DNA of 64,000 nucleotides from an uncultured Caldithrix sp. (GTDB lineage Bacteria; Calditrichota; Calditrichia; RBG-13-44-9): NCBI GenBank assembly GCA_964461135.1, contig CAYWTB010000004.1, positions 53,385 to 117,384 of the forward strand, read 5' to 3'. Shown piece by piece: positions 55,973 to 64,000 of this stretch (position 1 is its first letter; each line of letters starts with the position of its first letter). The notes under the pieces were generated by a model. It saw only the letters and a program-made list of their open reading frames with translations, ran no database searches and was not told where the DNA came from. The position numbers and the translations under genes were made by a program.

Positions 55973-57343
55973 TTGAGCCTTTTGCCTAGAGAGATTCTGC
56001 TATTGAATTTTAAGAATAATTTTCTCATATTGAAAATAAGACAAATCCGAAAGGAACATTCTCTGGCACATCATACTTTAAAAAATGGCTATGCCTCACT
56101 CACTGCACGTCTCAACAGATTTCCCCAGGGAGCCCCGCCTTCCGACCTTCTCTATAAAATCCTTTCTCTGCTTTTTTCGGAAAAAGAGGCTGCGCTGGTG
56201 GCCCTGCTGCCCATTAAACCATTTAATGCGGTAAAAGCTGGGAAAATCTGGAAGATGAAACCGGATGCTGCACAGATAATTCTGGATGAGATGGCCGACA
56301 GGGCACTGCTGCTGGACAGCGAGCAAGAAGGGGAACGTTTTTACACACTGCCTCCACCCATGGCCGGATTTTTTGAATTTTCCCTCATGAGGATGCGGGA
56401 AGACATCGATCAGAAATTACTGTCAGAACTCTTTTATCAATATATGAATGTGGAAGAGGATTTTATAAAATCCCTCTTCACTCGTGGGGAAACCCAGCTC
56501 GGGAGGGCATTTGTCAATGAAACTGTGATTCCCAAAGAGGAAGCTCTTTATGTACTGGATTATGAAAGGGCCTCCCAGGTGATTCGCGACGCTTCACACC
56601 GCGGTATAGGGGTTTGTTATTGCCGCCACAAGATGATACATATCAATAAGGCTTGCACCGCACCGCTGGACATCTGCATGACTTTTAACGGGGTTGCCGC
56701 TTCCCTGATCTCCCATGGATTTGCACGGGAAGTGGATGTCCCGGAAGGCCTGGATCTTCTGCAGCAGGCTTATGACTATAACCTGGTACAATTCGGTGAG
56801 AATGTTCGTAACCGGGTCAGTTTTATCTGCAATTGCTGCGGGTGCTGCTGTGAAGCATTGATTGCACAGCGCCGTTTCAGTACCATGCATCCCATACACA
56901 CCACCAATTTTCTTCCGGAAATTTCCCGGGATAACTGCAACGGTTGTGCAAAATGCGTTCAAATCTGCCCGGTGGAAGCCATGACGCTGGTATCTGACAA
57001 CGATCCGCACCGGCCTAAAGCCAAAACGGCTAAACTGGACCAAGAAATCTGCCTGGGCTGCGGGGTATGTGCGCGGGTTTGCGGGCAGGATGCCATTCAC
57101 ATGAAGCAGCGCGTTGAACGGGTGATTACACCACTCAATTCCGTTCACCGGACAGTGATGATGGCCATTGAAAGAGGCAAATTACAAAATCTGATATTTG
57201 ACAACCAGGCATTCCGGAGTCACCGGGCCATGGCGGCCATTCTGGGAGTGATTTTACGCCTTCCGCCCCTTAAGCAGGCACTGGCCACCCGGCAGATTAA
57301 ATCCCACTATCTGGAGTACCTGATAACTCATATCCGGGTATAA
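55973..57343 (+). CDS. 4Fe-4S dicluster domain-containing protein with an N-terminal domain of unknown function. The true start may lie at a downstream Met.
   Basis: Cys clusters are CNGCAKCVQICPVEAM and CLGCGVCARVCGQDAIHM. Further Cys-rich segments are CYCRHK and CNCCGCCCE. Confidence 0.7.
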   Translation: MSLLPREILLLNFKNNFLILKIRQIRKEHSLAHHTLKNGYASLTARLNRFPQGAPPSDLLYKILSLLFSEKEAALVALLPIKPFNAVKAGKIWKMKPDAAQIILDEMADRALLLDSEQEGERFYTLPPPMAGFFEFSLMRMREDIDQKLLSELFYQYMNVEEDFIKSLFTRGETQLGRAFVNETVIPKEEALYVLDYERASQVIRDASHRGIGVCYCRHKMIHINKACTAPLDICMTFNGVAASLISHGFAREVDVPEGLDLLQQAYDYNLVQFGENVRNRVSFICNCCGCCCEALIAQRRFSTMHPIHTTNFLPEISRDNCNGCAKCVQICPVEAMTLVSDNDPHRPKAKTAKLDQEICLGCGVCARVCGQDAIHMKQRVERVITPLNSVHRTVMMAIERGKLQNLIFDNQAFRSHRAMAAILGVILRLPPLKQALATRQIKSHYLEYLITHIRV

Positions 57344-57346
57344 ATA

Positions 57347-57372
57347 AACCGGCATATCTGTGCCGGTTTTAT
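57347..57372 (+). terminator. Rho-independent terminator after the 4Fe-4S gene.
   Basis: AACCGGCA tatctg TGCCGGTT followed by TTATG, starting 4 nt after the stop codon. Confidence 0.55.
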
Positions 57373-57496
57373 GACCTGAGAAAAAATCATTCCGCTATAT
57401 CCGGCTATGGTACGAGACATTTTCCCGCACCTATCTGCAGTAAAAATGAGATTATGATCAAAATAACACCTGCGAGCACAATGATTCTGACCTTCC

Positions 57497-58072
57497 TCAT
57501 CTTGTGCTGTCCTTCTCCGAATTTTTGTGTTCCTCAAACTGCAGGGCGGCGGAATTAATACAATACCGAAGATGGGTAGGTGCGGGGCCATCATCGAAAA
57601 CATGACCGAGGTGACCTCCACAGCTACTGCACAGTACTTCCGTACGCTTCATGAACAGACTCTTGTCTTCCTCCACATCGATGTTGTCTTTGTTTACCGG
57701 GGCATAGAAACTCGGCCATCCGGAACCCGAATTATATTTGGTATCCGAACTGAACAGCTCATTACCGCAGGCGGCACACAGGTACACTCCCTTACCTTTA
57801 AATTCATTATATTTACCGGTGAAGGGCCGTTCTGTCCCTTTTTGCCGTAACACCCGGTATTGCTCTTCACTCAATTCCTCTTTCCACTTCTGATTACTTT
57901 TATTTATCTTACCGGTCATATGATTATCCTCCTCTGATTGGCTTCCACAATATGTTGCTTTATTAGCGGGATCCTGCTGCTGTCCGGCACTCCCTGCTGC
58001 CGGAAGGAAGATCAGACCTGCAAAGAACAGGAGCATTAAACCGGCAGTTATATATATGATAATTTTTTTCAC
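57497..58072 (-). CDS. msrB: Secreted peptide-methionine (R)-S-oxide reductase MsrB.
   Basis: A signal peptide and linker precede the MsrB core: [10 protein letters not shown]...[28 protein letters not shown]...[16 protein letters not shown]...RYCINSAAL. Confidence 0.9.
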   Translation of the reverse strand: MKKIIIYITAGLMLLFFAGLIFLPAAGSAGQQQDPANKATYCGSQSEEDNHMTGKINKSNQKWKEELSEEQYRVLRQKGTERPFTGKYNEFKGKGVYLCAACGNELFSSDTKYNSGSGWPSFYAPVNKDNIDVEEDKSLFMKRTEVLCSSCGGHLGHVFDDGPAPTHLRYCINSAALQFEEHKNSEKDSTR

Positions 58073-58107
58073 AGGGAATTTTCCTTTCGGATTTTTGTTT
58101 CTGATGA

Positions 58108-58569
58108 TTATTGCTTCTTATACAATACGGCTAATTTGGCATCAATGAGTTCACTGTGCTGCAGATTCAGTAATCGGGCCAGTTTGTGAATCAGATAGTC
58201 TTCATATTGGTTAAGCTTACCGTCGGAATAGATAATTTCCCAAATCAGCTCAATAATGCGGATTTTTTCTTCCCGCGGGTAATTTTCATTAATCAAACTG
58301 GTGAACGTCCACAAATCATGACTGTTTTCCAGTTCCCGCTCGGTAGTTTGAGTGATTTCCCGGATATAATCTTCCGATAAATTATATTCATTTTTTAATA
58401 ATTCTGTGATGGTTTCCTGCTCTTTTTTGCTGAATGTCCCGTCGATATGGGCCATTTCCATGAGCAGGGCGCAGGTGGCCACATAGAGATCATACCGTAC
58501 GGCTTTCTGTTCTGATTTCTGGTCTGAACCAACCTCCGGGTGAAAAAATTTATGAATAAAATCAACCAC
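58108..58569 (-). CDS. TerB-like (tellurite-resistance/DjlA-associated) helical protein.
   Basis: 153 aa, acidic and helical. ...[25 protein letters not shown]... and ...[32 protein letters not shown]... resemble the TerB family. Assigned from memory. Confidence 0.55.
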   Translation of the reverse strand: MVDFIHKFFHPEVGSDQKSEQKAVRYDLYVATCALLMEMAHIDGTFSKKEQETITELLKNEYNLSEDYIREITQTTERELENSHDLWTFTSLINENYPREEKIRIIELIWEIIYSDGKLNQYEDYLIHKLARLLNLQHSELIDAKLAVLYKKQ

Positions 58570-58727
58570 TGTATTTTCCTTCGAATGAATAACCTCTCCT
58601 GATCTTAAAGAACAAAGATAATTGTTCTTTTCCCTCCGCTAATAACATATATAATGTATTGATAAAAGACCAAATAGTTCCTAAATTTCTAAGGTGGGTT
58701 TTTCTCATTTTCAAGTAGTGATATAAC

Positions 58728-60113
58728 ATGACAGATCATTCCCGGCACATTACCTGGAATCGTTTTCCGGAAACAGATCAATTTCTTCTCGATTCTCTGC
58801 AGGCATTTACCGATAGTTTTCACATTATTGGTACCTTAAAAGAATCTCTGCTCACAGGTACCAGTACACGCTGGAGTGATTTCATTGATCATCTTCGTTT
58901 CCGGGGCGGCAAAAACCTTATGAAAAAGCTCCTGAGTTTGGGATATAAGGAAGGGAATGCTCAGGAAGGTGAAAAAGAGAAGGTATTTTTTCATGATGGG
59001 GCCATTTTCCCACCTATAATTTTGTCCGGCGGAGACGCCACTCCTCAGGAAAAACTGCAGGTGGCTGCCATATCGGTAGCAGACCTGGCAGTGTTTTTAA
59101 ACTCGCAGGGCATCCACTCGGAAATCGAGGGTACCGTTCTGAGCCCCTTCCGGAAGGTAAAAGTATGGGAAGAGAATAACCGGGAATTATGGGCAGTTGA
59201 ACGCCGTTCTTTCTCGGGATTTACTTCTCAGGAAATGCCTCCTGATTATCCGGCCCACTATCTTCAGGGATTTCAAAAATGGTTTCTTCGTCAAAGAGAC
59301 TTTGACAATCCCGCCGCCGGTCTGGATTTCACCATAAAACTGGCCGAAGAGCTGGTGAGCGAGCTGGGGCAGAATATGGCTGCCTGGGTGGTATTTGCAG
59401 CAGAGCGTAATTTCTGGCAGATTAAAAATCGGGCCGGCCAGGTTCAGAAGAGACGGCAGGATGTGTATGGTCTGGGATGGGCCAACCACGATCATCATAC
59501 ATTTCGCAGTTCCCGGGAGTTCTTTTCCGCTTTGCTGCACCTGTTGTCTATTCTGGGATTTGAAAGGCGGGAAAAATTCTATGCGGGGGAAGAGGCCGGC
59601 TGGGGAGCCCAGGTGCTGGAACAGCCGGGTTGTGGACTGGTGGTATTTGCCGATGTGGATCTGGCCGCCGAAGAACTGGAAATGGATTTCATGCAACAGG
59701 ACCTATCCCCCCGAAAGGAAAAAGGTACGGTGGGATTGTGGTGTGCCCTGCACGGCGAAAGTATTCTGGAAGCCGGGTTGCATCACCTGGCTTGCCGGCT
59801 GGCCTTCAGCGAAGCGCGCAATGATCTGGAAAGGGAGGGTGTTTACATGCTGCCTCCTTTTAGCAGTTTCCCCTTTCTAAAACAAGCCTTCACCCAGGGG
59901 GAAAGATGGGCGGTACCGGAAGAGAATTTACAGCAGTTAAGCCGAGAAGGCCTGTTGAGTGACCATCAGATTCATGCATTTTCCCGGGAAGGTGGCATTG
60001 GCAGCCACCTGGAAAATATTCAGCGTGATGAAGGCTTCAAGGGATTCAACCAACAGAGTGTGAGTGCCATTATCAAACGGACTGACCCCCGGCTGGATTT
60101 TGGTGCCGCCTGA
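58728..60113 (+). CDS. Hypothetical protein, possibly a DUF1338/YdcJ-like (HglS family) metalloenzyme.
   Basis: 461 aa. His-rich segments such as GWANHDHHTF and LHHLACRLAF give only a weak recollection-level resemblance. This needs an HMM search. Confidence 0.4.
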   Translation: MTDHSRHITWNRFPETDQFLLDSLQAFTDSFHIIGTLKESLLTGTSTRWSDFIDHLRFRGGKNLMKKLLSLGYKEGNAQEGEKEKVFFHDGAIFPPIILSGGDATPQEKLQVAAISVADLAVFLNSQGIHSEIEGTVLSPFRKVKVWEENNRELWAVERRSFSGFTSQEMPPDYPAHYLQGFQKWFLRQRDFDNPAAGLDFTIKLAEELVSELGQNMAAWVVFAAERNFWQIKNRAGQVQKRRQDVYGLGWANHDHHTFRSSREFFSALLHLLSILGFERREKFYAGEEAGWGAQVLEQPGCGLVVFADVDLAAEELEMDFMQQDLSPRKEKGTVGLWCALHGESILEAGLHHLACRLAFSEARNDLEREGVYMLPPFSSFPFLKQAFTQGERWAVPEENLQQLSREGLLSDHQIHAFSREGGIGSHLENIQRDEGFKGFNQQSVSAIIKRTDPRLDFGAA

Positions 60114-60151
60114 AGCAGCGGCAATGCTAATTGAAAGAATAAGGGAAGATA

Positions 60152-61120
60152 ATGGATGTTTATTTTTACGAAGCATTTGAAGAAGAAGAACAGAAGTTAA
60201 GAAAATACCTGCCTTACCATATCAGGGCCGATTTCAGTTGGAAGACCATTCAGGAAGAAAACAGCTCTGAGCCACCTTCACCACTGATCAGTGTGAGAAC
60301 CCAGTCGGAGATACCGGCAAAGTGGAGCTCCCAGCTGAAGGGAATTCTGACCCGCAGCACCGGCTATGATCACCTGCTGCGTTTTCTGGATGAGGCTGAT
60401 CAAGAGGTACCCTGCGGTTACCTGCCGCTGTATTGTAACCGGGCTGTAGCGGAGCAAGCCATGCTGCTCTGGATGGCACTGCTGCGAAAGTTGCTCATGC
60501 AGAGAGCACAATTCCCCTCTTTTAAACGGGACGGAATCACTGGTCTGGAATGTGAACATAAGACGCTGGTAATCGTGGGTGTGGGCCACATCGGATCGGA
60601 AATCGCCAAAATAGGGCTGGGGCTGGGCATGAAAGTCATGGGAGTGGACCCGGTGAAAAAACATGCATTTGTTGATTATTACCCTCTGGAGGAGGTTTTG
60701 CCCCGGGCCGACATCCTGGTATGTGCCATGAACCTGACTGCCCGGAATACGGGATATTTTAATTACCGGCGCCTGAAAAAAACAAAAAAGGGAGTGATTT
60801 TCATCAATATTGCCCGGGGAGAAATGGCTCCCTCGGCGGATTTGGTGCGGCTTCTGAAAGAGGAGCATCTGGCGGCGGTGGGAATGGATGTTTACAATCA
60901 TGAGGCAGATCTGGCGGTATCGCTGCGCTCGGGGAAGATCAGCAATGACCCGGAAGTCCGGGCAGCCCTGCAGCTGGCGGGAATGACCAATGTTATTTTA
61001 ACTCCGCATAATGCCTTCAACACAGCGGAATCGGTAGAACGCAAATCATTCCAGAGTATTCAACAGGTAGAGGAGTTTTTAAAGAAGGGATCTTTCCTGT
61101 GGCCGATACCCGAGGAGTAA
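60152..61120 (+). CDS. D-isomer-specific 2-hydroxyacid dehydrogenase family, NAD-binding.
   Basis: LVIVGVGHIGSEIAKIGLGLGMKVMGVDP is the GxGxxG Rossmann motif. The catalytic R/E/H region is ...ILTPHNAF... Confidence 0.85.
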   Translation: MDVYFYEAFEEEEQKLRKYLPYHIRADFSWKTIQEENSSEPPSPLISVRTQSEIPAKWSSQLKGILTRSTGYDHLLRFLDEADQEVPCGYLPLYCNRAVAEQAMLLWMALLRKLLMQRAQFPSFKRDGITGLECEHKTLVIVGVGHIGSEIAKIGLGLGMKVMGVDPVKKHAFVDYYPLEEVLPRADILVCAMNLTARNTGYFNYRRLKKTKKGVIFINIARGEMAPSADLVRLLKEEHLAAVGMDVYNHEADLAVSLRSGKISNDPEVRAALQLAGMTNVILTPHNAFNTAESVERKSFQSIQQVEEFLKKGSFLWPIPEE

Positions 61121-61226
61121 CTAAAGGATAAGATCAAAATCCAGAGAATAAAGAAAGCTGAAAACCGAAAGCAGAAAGCAGCAGAGGTTTAAGAAAAACG
61201 GATTTCTGGATCCAGCAATTAGTGCA

Positions 61227-62291
61227 GTGAATCCTGCAACCTTGTATGTTAAATTCAATTGTCCCAGGCATAAGGAATTTTCCATGAGTGAGATTATCGA
61301 TATGCATGTTCACTTCGGCGCTCCGGATGATCCGGAGAGCGGTTGTTACTGGTCCCCCGAATTTGAAAAAACTGCCGCTTATTACGCCATCCTGTTTATC
61401 ACCGGTTCCATGTTCAAAACCATGAATATACAGCGGGTCAGGACTCATCTGTCGAAGCAGATTAAAACGGCCCGCTTCGTTAATGAAACGGTATTACTGG
61501 CCCTGGATGAAGTATATGATACCTCCGGTTTGAAACACCGTGAATGGACCCATCTGCACGTCCCCAACAGCTACCTGGCCCAGTGGGCACAGCAGGAGGA
61601 ACGGGTACTATTCGGCTGTTCGGTCCATCCGTTCCGGCAGGACTGGGAAGAGCAACTGAATTTTTCACTTCAAAACCAGACGGTTTTATGCAAATGGATT
61701 CCTTCCTCCCAGATGATCAATCCGGCTGATGATCACTGCCTCCCCTTTTACCGCAAGCTGGCCGACCTGAATCTCCCGCTGTTGTGCCATGCCGGACCGG
61801 AGTATGCCATACCCACTTCCGATTCTTCATATGATACCTATAATAATCCGAAATATCTCAGAAAAGCCCTGGATGCCGGTGTCACCGTCATTATTCCCCA
61901 TTGTGCCCTGCCCTATTTCTGGTTTCTGGATGCAGACTATCAGGATCACTACCGCGAATTTCTCAACATGATGGCAGAGGCTGATAAAAAAGGATGGAAT
62001 CTGCATACCGACGTTTCTGCCATCGCAACCCCCTTACGGGCACCATATATCCGGGAGATCATCGACAAGATATCGCCGGACAGAATCCTGTTCGGCAGTG
62101 ATTATCCCATCCCGTTGAGTGAATTGACCTACAATCGCAGTAAGAATATCTGGACCTGGCTCCGATTCGTGGCCAAAACCCTGTTTCTGAAAAATTCTCT
62201 GGACAAGAATTACCTGGTCATCCGGAAAATGGGTTTTGATAACCGCATATTCACCAATGCAGCACGGATTTTCTCACAGATAAAATATTAA
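61227..62291 (+). CDS. Amidohydrolase-2 family metal-dependent hydrolase (start possibly at the Met near 61284).
   Basis: MSEIIDMHVHFGAP is the HxH metal-binding motif at the N-terminus of the TIM-barrel. ...IIPHCALP... lies downstream. Confidence 0.75.
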   Translation: MNPATLYVKFNCPRHKEFSMSEIIDMHVHFGAPDDPESGCYWSPEFEKTAAYYAILFITGSMFKTMNIQRVRTHLSKQIKTARFVNETVLLALDEVYDTSGLKHREWTHLHVPNSYLAQWAQQEERVLFGCSVHPFRQDWEEQLNFSLQNQTVLCKWIPSSQMINPADDHCLPFYRKLADLNLPLLCHAGPEYAIPTSDSSYDTYNNPKYLRKALDAGVTVIIPHCALPYFWFLDADYQDHYREFLNMMAEADKKGWNLHTDVSAIATPLRAPYIREIIDKISPDRILFGSDYPIPLSELTYNRSKNIWTWLRFVAKTLFLKNSLDKNYLVIRKMGFDNRIFTNAARIFSQIKY

Positions 62292-62359
62292 GTGAGAACC
62301 AGGAACGGCACCCGGGATCCTGATCATATAGCTTTTCCAGGTAAAAAAACTCAACATTT

Positions 62360-62614
62360 TCACTGTCTTTTCCAGTGGCCCTCAACAAACACCCAGCCCC
62401 GTGGTGTTTCCAGCCAGTGTCCGGGAATCCAGTGAAAGCCATGGCGGGGTTTAACCCAGTGGCCGCCATTCCAGATATAGCGATGCTTTTTCCAGACCCA
62501 GTACCCGGGAACCCATACCGCGTGCGGATAGGGAGGAGTGTTTTTCACCTCGATTCTCAGCGGCGGCCGTGCGGTTCTTACGTAAACAGCACGGGGTGCA
62601 CAGCCCACTTCCAT
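62360..62614 (-). CDS. WxxGxW (YXWGXG-type) repeat small protein. It is preceded, in the same frame, by a signal-peptide-like 15-codon mini-ORF ending in TGA.
   Basis: Repeats are VWVPGYWVWKKHRYIWNGGHWVKPRHGFHWIPGHWLETPRGWVFVEGHW. Upstream, in frame, the sequence reads cAGGAtaaa ATG ATA AAA AGA ATT ATC ATG TTT TTA TTG ACG GTT CTG CCG GTC TGA tca gtc act ATG GAA... Confidence 0.45.
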   Translation of the reverse strand: MEVGCAPRAVYVRTARPPLRIEVKNTPPYPHAVWVPGYWVWKKHRYIWNGGHWVKPRHGFHWIPGHWLETPRGWVFVEGHWKRQ

Positions 62615-63176
62615 AGTGACTGATCAGACCGGCAGAACCGTCAATAAAAACATGATAATTCTTTTTATCATTTTATCCTGTTAATTACTGTTTCCTTCCA
62701 AATTAAAATGACAAATCACGTGCCAGTAAAATCAAATATGATTATCTCCTTTGCTTAGCTTTTTGATAAAATATACCTATATGTCTACATCACTAAGCTC
62801 TGCCAGAAGGTTATATTTTAGAAATCATTGCTCTATGAACCTACGCCATAATCCTCCTCCTTTTATAACTGACCACTTCCCGTATATTTTGCTGGACACC
62901 GGGGGTGAATTTTTCCTGAAAGTTCCTTCCTTATTATATTAGGGAAGGGATTTAGGGATGGGTAAAACGATCATATCTTACCACATGGATTTATCCTTAA
63001 ATGACGAGAGCAGAATAGATTTCCTGACCTGGATTGTGCTGCATCTTACTGGTAGTCAACATTACATATGGTTTTTTAGATGTTCTTTTGCCTTGATGCA
63101 AAAGAACCAAAAAATCAAGACTGTCAGAAAAAATCTGGAAATTCAACGGTGCACCTCCCTAAAATTCTTAAACTCC

Positions 63177-63231
63177 CCCGCACTCAATAGTAGAACAGCT
63201 GCAAAGGTTTCTTTGCATATATTGAGTGCGG
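63177..63231. repeat. 12-bp perfect inverted repeat (CCGCACTCAATA ... TATTGAGTGCGG) with a 31-nt spacer, in a long AT-rich non-coding region.
   Basis: Read directly from the sequence. No credible ORF overlaps it. Confidence 0.3.
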
Positions 63232-64000
63232 ACTCAGACAGAAAGAATTTTTACGCTCGGTGTACCGGAATTTCTGGCGATTTTTTCTAAAGGTCAATAA
63301 AAACCAATGCACTAACAGGCGTGTATTTTATCTTTAAATGAGAAGATAATTGGCTAAATGAAATACTTTCGAAAACTATAAACAATAATAAAAAAATTAT
63401 TACGCCCTTTGCTCCAAAATCGGACTAAGGTAAGCCCGATTCCGGTGTAACGGAAACGGCATAAATTGTACCGGCAAATACATACACCGGTAGCCAATCG
63501 CCACAACCTGGCTTAACATTTTACGGCGCCGGTTCAGGGGATTTATACTGGCCTTTTCGGTGTAAAAAAAATGAGAAAAAACTGGGTATTTATTAACATA
63601 AATGATTGTGTTTCCCCATGATCCGTTTTTAAATTATTTAATAAATTATGGTTATAGTCTGGGCTGATTAGAGCAAAATAACTTCGAATTAGTGGGATAC
63701 TGATTAATTCTGTATCTTGATATCATCATTTAATATTAAGTTTTTAACTCATACTGTATACAAAGCGAATATCAGGTGAAAATGTGGATTCAATAGATTA
63801 TCCCTTTCTAACCCACTCCTGCCTGCCCGGCGACCAGACAGGGGACGGAAGAGGATTAAGAGTATTCCACAATCTCCCATAATCATCACTAAGCAAGGTA
63901 AATATGATATGGCCTCCCAAAAAAGCAGCACAGTTTCCCGGGTAGAAGATTTTTTTGTCAAGCAATCCCCCTATGATTATATCTATTCCCCTGCGGAAAA

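Noticed and set aside
62612-62626. TGA at 62624-62626 as a selenocysteine codon.
   Set aside because: No convincing SECIS stem-loop lies 3' of the codon, TGA is a normal stop elsewhere in the window, and the flanking residues (…LPV-U-SVT…) do not resemble a redox motif. A pseudogene, sequencing error or uORF is more parsimonious; the site is kept as a finding for verification.
1-64000. CRISPR arrays, integrases, transposases and phage genes.
   Set aside because: Apart from the mosaic intergenic repeats described above, there are no evenly spaced short direct repeats and no recognisable mobile-element proteins. The repeats found are too irregular and too long-period to be CRISPR.

Overview
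This 64-kb window comes from an unidentified bacterium with roughly 40-45% GC. Several genes carry GGAGG-type ribosome-binding sites. Almost every gene from 10.5 kb to 55 kb lies on the minus strand.

The window opens inside a giant secreted RHS/YD-repeat polymorphic toxin gene (minus strand, 1..7245). Its start codon and signal peptide are in the window; its C-terminal toxin tip and the expected immunity gene run off the left edge. Divergent from it is a three-gene cluster of prepilin-type minor pseudopilins (7769..10025), one of which apparently starts on a non-AUG codon.

The core of the window is ordinary housekeeping and envelope genes: CorC/HlyC, a GH13 pullulanase, a POT peptide transporter, a methionine gamma-lyase family enzyme, an LpxL-like acyltransferase, RtcB-archease, accB-accC, gcvH, nadD, bamD-like, lnt, ruvX, HU, mutS, coaX-birA, a lone methylmalonyl-CoA-mutase catalytic subunit, msrB and others.

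The most interesting region is 18.4-26.5 kb. A sigma-54-dependent two-component system (sensor kinase plus NtrC-family regulator) sits among three paralogous small secreted proteins with Q/N/K-rich low-complexity regions and DxDxDG calcium-binding-like loops. Two of these genes are preceded by sequences matching the sigma-54 -24/-12 promoter. An outer-membrane beta-barrel candidate and a DUF4405-like inner-membrane protein lie in the same co-directional unit. I read this as a previously undescribed sigma-54-controlled envelope or metal-response module.

Second, a near-identical ~100-bp non-coding core occurs twice in inverted orientation (33154..33256 and 55748..55848). Each copy carries an adjacent hairpin that shows compensatory base changes, and each sits in the same orientation upstream of an unrelated gene. 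The cores are embedded in a mosaic family of GA-rich intergenic repeats, which suggests a cis-regulatory RNA or protein-binding element.

Other notable items are a response regulator with a degenerate GGDEF active site but an intact I-site, a beta-propeller fused to a transglutaminase-like domain, an in-frame TGA separating a signal-peptide-like mini-ORF from a WxxGxW-repeat domain, and a 1.3-kb AT-rich non-coding stretch at the right end.

I found no rRNA, tRNA, CRISPR array, transposase or integrase.
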